Positions 10,607 through 21,300 of a stretch of 60,162 bases of DNA are shown one piece after another; within the stretch, counting starts at the first letter, position 1; each line of letters opens with the position of its first letter. Both the position numbers and the translations under genes were made by a program. The notes under the pieces are model-generated. The model saw only the letters and a list, made by a program, of their open reading frames with translations. It was not told the DNA's origin and made no database searches. The DNA is taken from positions 1 to 60,162 of IMG/VR virus record IMGVR_UViG_3300042879_001019; one strand, 5' to 3'. Source of the DNA: a virus (taxonomy: Duplodnaviria; Caudoviricetes).

Positions 10607-13600
10607 TGGAATTAAAAAAGACTTTTATTGCAGGTAAGATGAATAAGGATCTTGACGAGAGACTTGTTCCTGACGGTGAATATATTGATGCATTAAACGT
10701 AACCATAGATACAACATCTGGATCTAATATTGGTGCTGTATCAAATTCACTTGGCAATTCAATAGTTACTAACATTCAACAGTTAATTGAGGACGAAGGT
10801 CTTGTGTATGTTGGAGCAAACGCCAAGACAATAGGTGTTATTACTTATGAGGCTGACAACTTGATATATTGGTTGGTTGCTAGTGATAACTTTGATGCAA
10901 TATTTGAGTACAGTGAGATATTTCAGGTTACTACCATAGTTTTATTGTGTAGTAAGGCAAGTCCAACTACAGCGAGTACATTGAACTTCAGCAAGAACTA
11001 CCCTGTTACTGGTATTAATTTTATTCCTATATCAAAAGGTGAAGGTCCGTTCTTATATTGGACAGATGGATTAAATCCACCTAGACGAATAAATATATCA
11101 AGAGCGAAAGGTTATACAACTGACGACCCAAAAATAGCATTTGACATAGACGTTATTTTAAGGCCGCCACTATATAGCCCTAAGATTGATTTGTCTATCG
11201 ATAACGCGATAGAAACTTCAAACAATATTGAAGATAAGTTTATTTATTTCTCATACCGATTTAAATATAAGGACAACCAATATAGCTCATTATCTCCTTT
11301 TTCATCAGTTGCCTTTCATGCAAATGGTTTTTCTTATGATTACAATACTGGTGATAATAAGGGGATGACAAATAAATATAATAAGGTTGATGTAACATTT
11401 GACACAGGGAATGAATTTGTAGAACAAATACAAGTTCTATATTTTGACACGTACAGGCTAAATGTTTATATAGTTGATAATTATGATAAATCAGATATTG
11501 GTATAGATGATGAATCAAGGTACTCTATAACATTTAATGCAAGTAAAATATATACACCTTTAGAATCTAGTGAAGTAACGCGATTATTTGATAACGTACC
11601 ATTATATGCAAAAGCTCAAGAAATAATTGGAAATAGATTAGTGTATGGTAACTACATTCAGTTCAGAGATATTGTAAATGCAGACGGTATTAAAATAGTC
11701 ACTAACTATACATTATCTCTTGAAGATGAAGCTATAACAGGCGAACCTAAAAAAACATTTAGGAGTGATCGTGATTACGAGATAGGCATTATATATCTAG
11801 ATGAATACGGTAGGATGACTACTGCATTAACTAGTAAAACAAATACTTTATATATACCATCTGATAACTCTGACACTGCTAATTCAATAAAATTAACATT
11901 GAATAATGAGCCGCCTTTTTGGGCGACTAACTATAGATTCGCTATTAAGCAAGCACAAGGTGATTACTACAATATATTTCCGAGAATTTTTGTTGTAGAT
12001 GGTACATTTAGATATTTTTTAATTAATGAATCTGATAGAGATAAAATCACTGTTGGTGGATATATTATCTTCAAAACAGCAAATGGCATAGCTACACATT
12101 CTAATAAAAAATTTAAGGTTCTTGAACTTGAATATAAACAAGCAAGTTCTCCTTTTTCTACAGCTGGATTATATTTTAAAGTAAAAGCTGATCCAATTGA
12201 TACATTTCTAGATCCTCCAGCATCAATTACATACTCTACATATAATGGTGGTCAAGGACCTAGACCTGGCGGCTGTAGTGATGGAACTGAAACAGTTACT
12301 CCTGTTCAAGCTAGATCAACTAATGTTCAATTTGAATATGCTTACTATGCTAATAATGGTGACAATACATTAATATATCCATATCTAAATAATGCACCAA
12401 ATATAAACATATCTTATTCTGGTAGCGTTGAATTACAAAAAGATTATAGATTGACCATTAGAATACTACCTAATTCTACAAATCCTAGTTTGCCTCCAAC
12501 TGAATTTAAATATACATTTGTTCCTGATGGTGACACAGGATATAATATCACTGGTATAGCTATACCATTTGGATCTACATATACTATTCCAATAACACCT
12601 AGTATTAGTTTTGATTTATATTTTGAAAATGGAAATTATAATTTAGGAGATCAGTACTCTTTTAATATAAGAGCAAATAAAATTGTAGATTCTCAATGGA
12701 CACAAACAGTTATAGATACAAGTTCTTATAGTGGAATACCTACTACAACAAATAATAATTTAAGTAATTACGATCCAGATGATTATGGAGGTCATGCAAT
12801 ATTACTTTATAACGGTCCCATATATAATGGAGCTGTCATTCAAATAAATATACTTCATGATAGACCTGCAAACTCTGGGTCTCCAATTAGGTTTCAACCA
12901 AATTATTTTGTAAGCGACAATTATTATAAAAATCTAGAAGAATGGTTTTGGAAGTCAGGTGCTTATCAGAATTTTCAATATAGAGATTATAGTAACAATG
13001 TAGTTACATCTGCAAATAATATAGTATTTAGAAGGGCTAATTTTCAAGGAGTGCAGCTTGGCGGAACACCTAGTTCTAATTTCATAGCTGAAGATTCAAA
13101 TGTTAATAGTGGGCAATTATGTATTTTGATAAGAGGAGTTGGAGATAATTCTAATTGCAACAGAAATCAAATATTATGTGAGCTAATAATAACTCAAACG
13201 CCAACAATTCAATTATCAGCCGAAACAGTTCCATTGGCATCTGATATTGATTTGTTTTACGAAATGCGTAAGACGTATCGTATAGAAGGAGGTAACCATA
13301 AGACTTCATGGAGATGGAACGATTATACTTATGGAGGTGCTTGGCCAAATGTTCCAGCTCAATTTGATAATTTTACAGTATTAGGTCCAGCAGTCCCATT
13401 TGGAGATGTTGCTAATGACATGAAGCATTCGTTTAATGCAGGTGAAATAGTATATGTTAGAAACGATGATCCATCACCAACACCTACATACGGTCCACCT
13501 AGTGATTATTATGAAATTCTTTATGTTATTAACGAATACGCTATTATAATTGATTTGCCAACTTTAATAGTTTCTGGTGCGGCAACAGGAAGTGTATTCT

Positions 13601-14649
13601 ATCAGTCATGGGAGAGCGATCAAGATTTAAGTGCATCTCCAAGTGCTGTTCCATTAGTAGTTGAACTAAATAACGTAACGTCAGATAACTCAGACTTCAA
13701 TGCATTTGCGTTTGGTAATGGTGTTGAGTCTTATAGAATTTATGACAACTTCTTGAGACCCACAATGAAATATAGTCCAAGAGCTACGAGCGTTATTGAA
13801 GATTATAAGCAAGAAGAAAAATTCTCATCGCTTTGTTATAGTGGTATATTCAAAGGGGATACATCAACCAATCGATTAAACTCTTTTAATTTATCTCAAG
13901 CGAACTTTAAGAATTTAGACAAGCAGTACGGACCGATTCAAAAGCTATATGCCTTGGATACCAACCTAATGGTATTACAGCAGGACAAAATAACGTCAGT
14001 CCTTTATGGAAAGAACTTATTGGTTGATGCTGTTGGTGGGGGTCAAGTGGCATCTGTACCTGAAGTATTGGGTAATCAAATCGTTCACCCATCTGAGTAT
14101 GGTATCAGTAATAATCCAGAGAGTTTTGCCAAGTTTGCCAACACTGTTTTCTTTACAGATGCTAGACGTGGGGCTGTATTACAAATGACTGGTGATCAAG
14201 TTGTTGAGATATCAGCAAATGGTATGAAAAATTACTTTAGAGATGAGCTAAAAGATAACCCAAATACTCAGAAACTTGGCATATATGATCCTTATAATGA
14301 GACTTATGTGTTGTCATTTACTGATGTTAAACAAGGTACTTGTGATCTTTCAATTAGTAGAGATGTTTATACAATAGGATGGAACACCTTTGGTTTCTCA
14401 TTCAACATGTTCTCTATAGAATCAAATACATACTGGACAATTACGTTAGAAGATACTGGTGATGGAACTGGATGGTTGACTTTAAACACAAGTTCAGGTT
14501 ATGGAGATCAAGATATAAAATCTAACATTGATGAAAATGATAATGCTAGTTCGAGAAGTGTTGACTTTGTAATTGAATTCTGTGATGGTGAAACAAAAAC
14601 ATTTACATTAACTCAAGGAGGTAATGGTAGTCCTGGTGAAGAATCTTAA
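10606..14649 (+). CDS. Tail stabilisation / muzzle protein, N-terminal part, with a C-terminal BACON-like domain
   Basis: N-terminal F.AGKMNKDLDERL.P.GEY.DALN motif of P22 gp10/crAss muzzle-type proteins; C-terminal WLTL..SG.G..N..SRS..FTLTQ pattern. Confidence 0.7.
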   Translation: MELKKTFIAGKMNKDLDERLVPDGEYIDALNVTIDTTSGSNIGAVSNSLGNSIVTNIQQLIEDEGLVYVGANAKTIGVITYEADNLIYWLVASDNFDAIFEYSEIFQVTTIVLLCSKASPTTASTLNFSKNYPVTGINFIPISKGEGPFLYWTDGLNPPRRINISRAKGYTTDDPKIAFDIDVILRPPLYSPKIDLSIDNAIETSNNIEDKFIYFSYRFKYKDNQYSSLSPFSSVAFHANGFSYDYNTGDNKGMTNKYNKVDVTFDTGNEFVEQIQVLYFDTYRLNVYIVDNYDKSDIGIDDESRYSITFNASKIYTPLESSEVTRLFDNVPLYAKAQEIIGNRLVYGNYIQFRDIVNADGIKIVTNYTLSLEDEAITGEPKKTFRSDRDYEIGIIYLDEYGRMTTALTSKTNTLYIPSDNSDTANSIKLTLNNEPPFWATNYRFAIKQAQGDYYNIFPRIFVVDGTFRYFLINESDRDKITVGGYIIFKTANGIATHSNKKFKVLELEYKQASSPFSTAGLYFKVKADPIDTFLDPPASITYSTYNGGQGPRPGGCSDGTETVTPVQARSTNVQFEYAYYANNGDNTLIYPYLNNAPNINISYSGSVELQKDYRLTIRILPNSTNPSLPPTEFKYTFVPDGDTGYNITGIAIPFGSTYTIPITPSISFDLYFENGNYNLGDQYSFNIRANKIVDSQWTQTVIDTSSYSGIPTTTNNNLSNYDPDDYGGHAILLYNGPIYNGAVIQINILHDRPANSGSPIRFQPNYFVSDNYYKNLEEWFWKSGAYQNFQYRDYSNNVVTSANNIVFRRANFQGVQLGGTPSSNFIAEDSNVNSGQLCILIRGVGDNSNCNRNQILCELIITQTPTIQLSAETVPLASDIDLFYEMRKTYRIEGGNHKTSWRWNDYTYGGAWPNVPAQFDNFTVLGPAVPFGDVANDMKHSFNAGEIVYVRNDDPSPTPTYGPPSDYYEILYVINEYAIIIDLPTLIVSGAATGSVFYQSWESDQDLSASPSAVPLVVELNNVTSDNSDFNAFAFGNGVESYRIYDNFLRPTMKYSPRATSVIEDYKQEEKFSSLCYSGIFKGDTSTNRLNSFNLSQANFKNLDKQYGPIQKLYALDTNLMVLQQDKITSVLYGKNLLVDAVGGGQVASVPEVLGNQIVHPSEYGISNNPESFAKFANTVFFTDARRGAVLQMTGDQVVEISANGMKNYFRDELKDNPNTQKLGIYDPYNETYVLSFTDVKQGTCDLSISRDVYTIGWNTFGFSFNMFSIESNTYWTITLEDTGDGTGWLTLNTSSGYGDQDIKSNIDENDNASSRSVDFVIEFCDGETKTFTLTQGGNGSPGEES

Positions 14650-14658
14650 TTTTGTGAT

Positions 14659-15675
14659 ATGTGTGATTGCTTAAAAATAAATTATACTCCAATAGGTCAA
14701 GAGCCTATATCTATAGAAGTTACTGCTAATGGTGTAATAAATTCTAACAACTACTATGAGTTCATTTATAATGGAGACACGTTTACTGTCTCTTGGGATG
14801 GTGTGCAGTGGTGTTTATTTGTAGGTGAGGCATTATTGTGGGTATTGGCTGAAGATGTTGAGTGCCCAATAGGTGAGTGGACAAATGAGAGTGATATATC
14901 ATATTTTACTAATTTCTCAGCTGAAGAATGCATGCCAAGAAAGACGATATCATATTCAATGGTATCGACAGGTTGGAATTCATTTTGGTCTTATCAGCCT
15001 GACTGGATGACTGAGATGAATAGCACATTCTATACTTTTAAGGAAGGTGAGCTTTGGAAGCATAATGTTAACACCACTAGAAATAATTTCTATGGACAGC
15101 AGTATCAATCAAGCATTAGGACAATATTCAATACTGATCCATTGACAGTAAAGATGTTCAATACGTTATCACTTAACAGCACACATTCTTGGACGGCCGA
15201 CCTATATACCAATATAAATGCAGGTACAATTGACTATACATATTTCGTTGAGAAGGAAGGTCAATGGTTTGCTTACGTAAGACGATTTGACGATACTATT
15301 GACGTTAAGGCTTTATCCACTCAAGGAGTTGGTTCGGCTGATAGTGTTGATTCAACGACATTATCTGCTGTTGTTTTGGACTTCTTATTTAAAGTCGATC
15401 CAAGTGTAAGTATTGGAGACAAGTTGTATAAGAACCTAGGTGGAAACTTAATTTTAGTAGGAACTATTACTGATATAACATCTAACTCAATAACTGTTGA
15501 CGCTACTATTGGTAATATTCCACTGACTACTGATTTTTTGATATGTGTCAAAAACAGTCAAGCTGAATCATTTGGATTGAGAGGGTACTACATGAATGTT
15601 TACCTATATAATGATTTACCTCAACAAGTCAAATTGTTTTCTATTGGTACTTCAGTATTCAAAAGTTTTCTGTAA
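14659..15675 (+). CDS. Muzzle protein C-terminal part (split gene)
   Basis: GWNSFWSYQPDWM..NSTFYTFKEGELWKHN beta-propeller-like motifs; TAATTTTG element overlaps the upstream stop. Confidence 0.55.
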   Translation: MCDCLKINYTPIGQEPISIEVTANGVINSNNYYEFIYNGDTFTVSWDGVQWCLFVGEALLWVLAEDVECPIGEWTNESDISYFTNFSAEECMPRKTISYSMVSTGWNSFWSYQPDWMTEMNSTFYTFKEGELWKHNVNTTRNNFYGQQYQSSIRTIFNTDPLTVKMFNTLSLNSTHSWTADLYTNINAGTIDYTYFVEKEGQWFAYVRRFDDTIDVKALSTQGVGSADSVDSTTLSAVVLDFLFKVDPSVSIGDKLYKNLGGNLILVGTITDITSNSITVDATIGNIPLTTDFLICVKNSQAESFGLRGYYMNVYLYNDLPQQVKLFSIGTSVFKSFL

Positions 15676-15683
15676 ATTTGTGT

Positions 15684-16085
15684 ATGGAAGTTCGATTCTT
15701 AAATGATGACGATTATAAAACATTGTCATCATGGTGGAAAGATTGGAGATGGACACCACCACCAATTGATATGTTGCCACAAAATGGTAAAGGCGGTGTG
15801 ATGGTTTTCAAGGATGGTGTTGAGATATGTGCTGGATTTGTTTACTTTACTAATTCAAAAACAGCATGGATAGAGTTTATAGTATCAAACTTTCACTATA
15901 GAGAAGATGACAGGCATGAAGCTCTTGAATTTCTTATAAATGTGTTAACTGAAATCATTAAGGAGACTGGTGACTTTAAATACATTTATACATCTTTAAA
16001 GAGCAAAAGTCTAGTTGATAGATACAGCAATTGTGGGTTTCAAAAGGGAGATGGCAATTGTCAGGAAATGGTTAAAATATTATAA
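15684..16085 (+). CDS. Putative GNAT-fold internal virion protein
   Basis: VRFL..DDY start and YSNCGF end resemble GNAT; same position as T7 gp13 before ejection proteins; ATG at 15684 follows TAAATTTG. Confidence 0.45.
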   Translation: MEVRFLNDDDYKTLSSWWKDWRWTPPPIDMLPQNGKGGVMVFKDGVEICAGFVYFTNSKTAWIEFIVSNFHYREDDRHEALEFLINVLTEIIKETGDFKYIYTSLKSKSLVDRYSNCGFQKGDGNCQEMVKIL

Positions 16086-16086
16086 C

Positions 16087-16812
16087 ATGGCAGCAGTAAC
16101 AAGTACAATAGTAGCTTTAGGTGGTTTAGGATTGAGCGCGGCTCAAGCAATTAAGGCCAATAAAGACATGAAGCAGGCAGCGCAAGCGGCTGACAAAGCG
16201 CAAGCTGAATTAAAAAACATCAAAGAGTTTAACGCATTTAAGCAAGTTCAAGTTCCTACCTTGGGATTTGAGTTGGCTCAACAAGGACAAGCTCAAGCGG
16301 CAACACAAGCGATGCAGTCATTGCAAGGCGCAGGTGCTGAGGGTGTTATTGGTGGAGTAGGAAATGTGTTGCAAGCTACAGGTGAGCAAAATTTAGCTTT
16401 AGCAGCGCAAGCAAATCAAGCCCAATATCAAAGAGATATGGCACAAGCTGAAGCAGAGCAAGGAATTCAAGCTAGAAAGCAAGAGCGTGAATTTATGATA
16501 GGGACTAATCAACTCATAAGCGAACAAATGCGAAGAGCTGACGCTGAGAATAGACGTAATAAAGCCATTCAAGGTATGTTCGGTTCTGCTGGAACTGCAT
16601 TAACTAGTGCTGCTGGATTAGTTCCTTTATATGGACAATCAGGTTCAGCAAGCACAGGAGGAATAAACTGGAATTCAATGTCTAATCAACAACTTCCTGC
16701 TGGAGTTAATCCTGTAATACAAGGTCAGCAATACATTACTGGAAACACAATAAATCAATCAACAGCTGATGCTTTAACTGGTAATTTACCTGGACAAGTA
16801 ATATTTAAATAA
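16087..16812 (+). CDS. Putative ejection (pilot) protein
   Basis: Gly/Ala/Gln-rich with hydrophobic N-terminus MAAVTSTIVALGGLGLSAAQ; likely start ATG 16087. Confidence 0.55.
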   Translation: MAAVTSTIVALGGLGLSAAQAIKANKDMKQAAQAADKAQAELKNIKEFNAFKQVQVPTLGFELAQQGQAQAATQAMQSLQGAGAEGVIGGVGNVLQATGEQNLALAAQANQAQYQRDMAQAEAEQGIQARKQEREFMIGTNQLISEQMRRADAENRRNKAIQGMFGSAGTALTSAAGLVPLYGQSGSASTGGINWNSMSNQQLPAGVNPVIQGQQYITGNTINQSTADALTGNLPGQVIFK

Positions 16813-16814
16813 AA

Positions 16815-18359
16815 ATGGCAAGCAGATACAACGAATATACAGGATTTATACCAGCCGATAACCCAATTGATTGGGCTACACTCACTGGTGGATTAGTTAA
16901 GACCATTACAGGTATTGGTGAATCAAGAGAGGCTGAACGTCAGGCTCTTGACAAATTGGCTACGGATAACGCAGAGATTATTCAAAATACAGAACTAGGT
17001 AAAACTCAAACTTTCGATCAGCTGGTATTAGCTGGATCAGATAAGGCTAGAAATAAAATATTTGATTGGAATAAAAAATTAAAATCTGGAGAACTCAAAC
17101 CTGCTCAATATAAAAACTTGATAAATAATCTAAAAACCTCTTGGTCTACATTTGCTAATACCACAAAAACATTTGATGCTCAAATACAAGAAGCATTAAA
17201 AAGACAACAAGAAGGAAAGGGTTCAGCTTTTGAGTTGAGTAATAATAATAGAATTGCTGAATTAGCTAATCTAAGAAACAAAATAACTGATATCGATGAC
17301 TCTAATGGAAATTTTATAATTGGAGAGTTAGGTAGCAATGGATTATTTGACCCATCAAGTATTATGGATTTACGAGCTATTGGTAAGCCTGGGAACATAC
17401 TTGACGATAGAATTGATTTAGATGCCATAGTTGATGAAAAGACAAAAGGAATAGCTTCTTGGCTTGAAGAAGAAGGAAGAAAAACTACAACTGATCCACT
17501 ATTAAACCCAGCTGTAGAACGCATGATGTTTGATTTAAGTAAAGCTATATTAAACAATCCTAGAGCAATTGCAGGTGTTTTAACTGATAACACTGATGGT
17601 GATTATGATTTTTATTATAGCGATAAAGAATTAAATGCTAAAATAGAAGATAGAGTAGCTAAAGAAAACCAATTTAGGACTCAATATAACAAACCTACTT
17701 TAAGTGGCGATGAATTAACTAAATTCATTAATGACCAGAAAGATAAAATGATATTTTCGGCTCAAGATGAACAAGGTGTATATCAACCTATCCTAACAAA
17801 TAGTCAAGTTAAAAAAGCAAATGATGCTACAATAGATAGGATAAAATCAAGACTAGAGAGAAAGGTTGAGTTTGACGAACCGTATCGCGGTGGCGGCGGC
17901 GGTGGCGGTGGCGGTAGCTCTACCAAAACTGATGATTTTGCTGTGTCTGCATATATAACAGCAAACAAGGCATTAGAACAAGGCGATTTTTCAAATCTAG
18001 ATAACAATAAATATAATTTCAGTGAAGGAACTGACTCAAGTGGCAAGAAATATGTATTGGTTTCAGCTAGAGCTTATGATAAAAGAAGCGGAACTTATTC
18101 AAACGATCCAAAAGCTAAAAAGATAAGAGTATATTCTGCTGATGGTTTAGCTCAATATATTAAAGGAATGGACAAACAAAAAGGTTTACATGTTTCTATA
18201 TATAATAGGGGTAAAGACGATTACATAAAACTAAATAATACAAAACTCGAAGGTAGTTATGAAATACCAACAGCATCAAGGGCAGAATGGAAAAAGTCAG
18301 GTTGGACAGATGCTCAAATAAATCAAGCAGTAAAAGAAGGAAAAATTAAAGTAATATAA
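16815..18359 (+). CDS. Putative internal virion / ejection protein
   Basis: 514 aa between pilot protein and giant protein; poly-Gly linker near 17890. Confidence 0.5.
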   Translation: MASRYNEYTGFIPADNPIDWATLTGGLVKTITGIGESREAERQALDKLATDNAEIIQNTELGKTQTFDQLVLAGSDKARNKIFDWNKKLKSGELKPAQYKNLINNLKTSWSTFANTTKTFDAQIQEALKRQQEGKGSAFELSNNNRIAELANLRNKITDIDDSNGNFIIGELGSNGLFDPSSIMDLRAIGKPGNILDDRIDLDAIVDEKTKGIASWLEEEGRKTTTDPLLNPAVERMMFDLSKAILNNPRAIAGVLTDNTDGDYDFYYSDKELNAKIEDRVAKENQFRTQYNKPTLSGDELTKFINDQKDKMIFSAQDEQGVYQPILTNSQVKKANDATIDRIKSRLERKVEFDEPYRGGGGGGGGGSSTKTDDFAVSAYITANKALEQGDFSNLDNNKYNFSEGTDSSGKKYVLVSARAYDKRSGTYSNDPKAKKIRVYSADGLAQYIKGMDKQKGLHVSIYNRGKDDYIKLNNTKLEGSYEIPTASRAEWKKSGWTDAQINQAVKEGKIKVI

Positions 18360-18360
18360 C

Positions 18361-21300
18361 ATGCCAAATAATTTACCGTCACCAAATCAGATACTAGGAA
18401 ACAATTCTAGAACACCAAATCAACAGGTTGAAAACAATTCTAACTTACCAACTCCTGATGAAGTTTTAGGAAAATCTGCATTAAAAAAAAAAGAGGTTTC
18501 ACAATCAACACAAGACGATGGAGTTACTTCTTTGGATGGATCAAACAAGGAGAAAAAGAAGCAATCGGTATCTTCAAATCAGCAAGGTAAATACTCTCTG
18601 CCTGGTGAATATTTAGATTATCCTGGTAAAGGTATTCGTAGATACTATAATGGTAAGTGGTATGATTATAGTTTTACCGAAACGAAGAATGGTAAAGACT
18701 TAAGTGTTTATGATGTACAAATTACAGATCCAGTTAGAGTAAATACATTAAATAAAAAATTTAATAAAGTTGGATCTACATCCGAAACGGAAGAAGTGTT
18801 TACTGGTTTTCCAGGGCAAGAAAAAAATGAATATAGAATAATTGAAGACAAGTGGCAAAAAAAAATGCCAGGCATGAATAAATTTAGGATTGTTACTAAT
18901 GAAGGATCTATACAATCATTAAATAAGGAATTCAATAAAAATGTATCAATACCATCTAATCTAGAAGATTTAAAGAAAAAGCAAGATCAAGAAATACAAA
19001 GTGATAAAAAATTAAACTCTTCATTGACTTGGGTTAATTCTGGGTTGATAGGATCTGAAGAAGAAAATGCATCCAAAATACTTAAGCAAAAATTCCCTGG
19101 TTTTGAATTTATAAAACAAGGTCCTTTAACAGATGAGTTATTAGTTATTGCTCCAAATGGTGCTAGAACAAATATAAGTTTAGATAATTGGACAGATGAA
19201 GATGACAGAAATCAAAGTGTAGTACTAAGAGAATTTATAAGAAATAACTCAGATCAAGATTTAGCAAAAACAGCAAAAGAATTAAGTTTAAAAGAATCTC
19301 AAGAAAGAACATTCTTGGAAGATAAAAAGAAACAAAGTTTAGAAGCTGGTATTTTATCACAAGATTGGAAATTTGAAAATGGCAAGTTAACTATAGAAAC
19401 ACCACTAGACAAAGCAAAGAAATCTGAAGAGTTTAAAAGAATTCAATCTGAAACAAAAACTGCCAGAGGAGAATATATGTCTGAAAAAGCAGAACAGTTT
19501 GATGATATCTACTATAGATTTAAAAATAATCCTAATAAGAATGATGAAATGATTGCTGCGTATGCAAGTGTAAAAGCAGACAAGCAAGAAATATCTAGAG
19601 TTAACAATTATGTCAATGATGTAAAAAATGTAAGCAATGACGTAGCTAAAGAAAAGTTAAATATTGAAAATTATGCTAATGATATAATTTCTAAAGTACA
19701 AAGTGGAGAGATATCACAACAAGAATTTGATGATATTTATAGACCAGAGATAGACCAGAAAACAAATGATTTAAATGAGAAATATAAAAATCTATCAAAT
19801 GATTTAAAAAATATTTCAACAGTTGATAAATCAATAAATGAATCAGTAGGTAAAAATTATTTAATTAAAGAAGCGACAGGTAGTGTAATTGGAGGGGTTA
19901 CATCTAAATTTATAAAAGGATTTACATATTTACCAAGACTTGCTTCTATGGGCGAGATGTCATCAGCAGATCAAGAGGAAATAGTAAATTTAATTACTGG
20001 TGGAGGTACTACAAAAGAGTACATGGAATCTGAAAAAAGAAATGATCTTACTAAGGCATTATTTAGTATGTCAGAATCTGTTGGTATCCTTACATCAAGT
20101 TCATTATTAGGAGGTGGCGCAGCTGCTTATCCATCTTTCTATGCTCAGTCATATTATGAGATGAAGGATGAATTAGATAAGATTGAAGGAATGAGCGAAA
20201 AAGAAAAAGTTTTGTTATCTGGATCTTATGGTGTTGTTAGTTCACTTCTAGAAAAATTTGGTATTGATTCCGCTATGCAGAAAACAGCAGTAGGTAAAAA
20301 TCTTACTAATAGTATAATGAAATCTGCTTTTTCTGATTTACCAAAAAATGCATCTAAGGAGTTTATTGATGCTGCTATAATGAACAGCTTTAAAAAATAT
20401 GTTGTTAAATCAGGAGTTCAAGCAGCAATTGGTGCAGGAACAGAGGGGATAACAGAAGCATTGCAGAATTTATCTGGTGTTGCTATTAAAGAAGTTTACG
20501 ATCAAGCAAAAGGAACTGAATACTTTAATAATAAGTCAGCGTGGAATATATTAGGTGATGCTGTTTATGAAGGCTATCTAGGTGCTTTAGGAGGTGGAAT
20601 TATGTCAACTGTAACTAGTTCAAAAGATATAGTTGCTAGAGGACTTAGAGCTACATTGAATAAAGAACAAATAGATGCATTAATAAATTCAGCAAAAGTT
20701 GATGGAGTAAATGAAGCCTTAATTACAAATTTAAAATCAAGTATATTAACTGGTAAAATGACAAAAGATGAGGCCAAAGAAATAAGCGAATCTTTTAACT
20801 TAGTGAAATCAAAACTGGAATCATTGCCAGAAGATATGTCTAATGAAGATAAATCTGTATCTTTAGATTTATTAATAGAAAGAGACAAATTACAAAAAGA
20901 AAGTTCTAGATTAGATGAAGCATTAAGAGCTCCATATAACGAGAGAATAACAGAGATAAATAATGAACTATTAAAAATATCAGAAAATGCCGTTCAAAAG
21001 CAAACAACAGGTGAAGTTCCTGTACAGCCAGAAGCCACAATTGGCGGAGAAATGGAGGAAGGAAAGCCCCAAGCAGAACCTCAAGGCGTTACCGAAGAAG
21101 GTCAAGTCGCTGCCAAAGAAGAAGTAGATCAGTATATTGCTAATATGGGGGCAGAAGCTCGTATTGGCTCAACCATTAATCCTATCATGGATAAGATGTC
21201 AAATGCTGAATATATTAATGACAATGACATTGATAACGCTATTGAGAAAATTTTTAACGAGGTAGATAGTTTAGATAAGTCAGATTATAGTGCTGAGACA

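Noticed and set aside
14640-14661. Stop-codon readthrough or recoding joining the two in-frame muzzle ORFs
   Set aside because: The stop is TAA, genes elsewhere read normally with all three stops, and a promoter motif plus ATG follow; not excluded, but unsupported
17889-17915. GGC/GGT run as a G-quadruplex or contingency locus
   Set aside because: Explained by an in-frame poly-Gly linker
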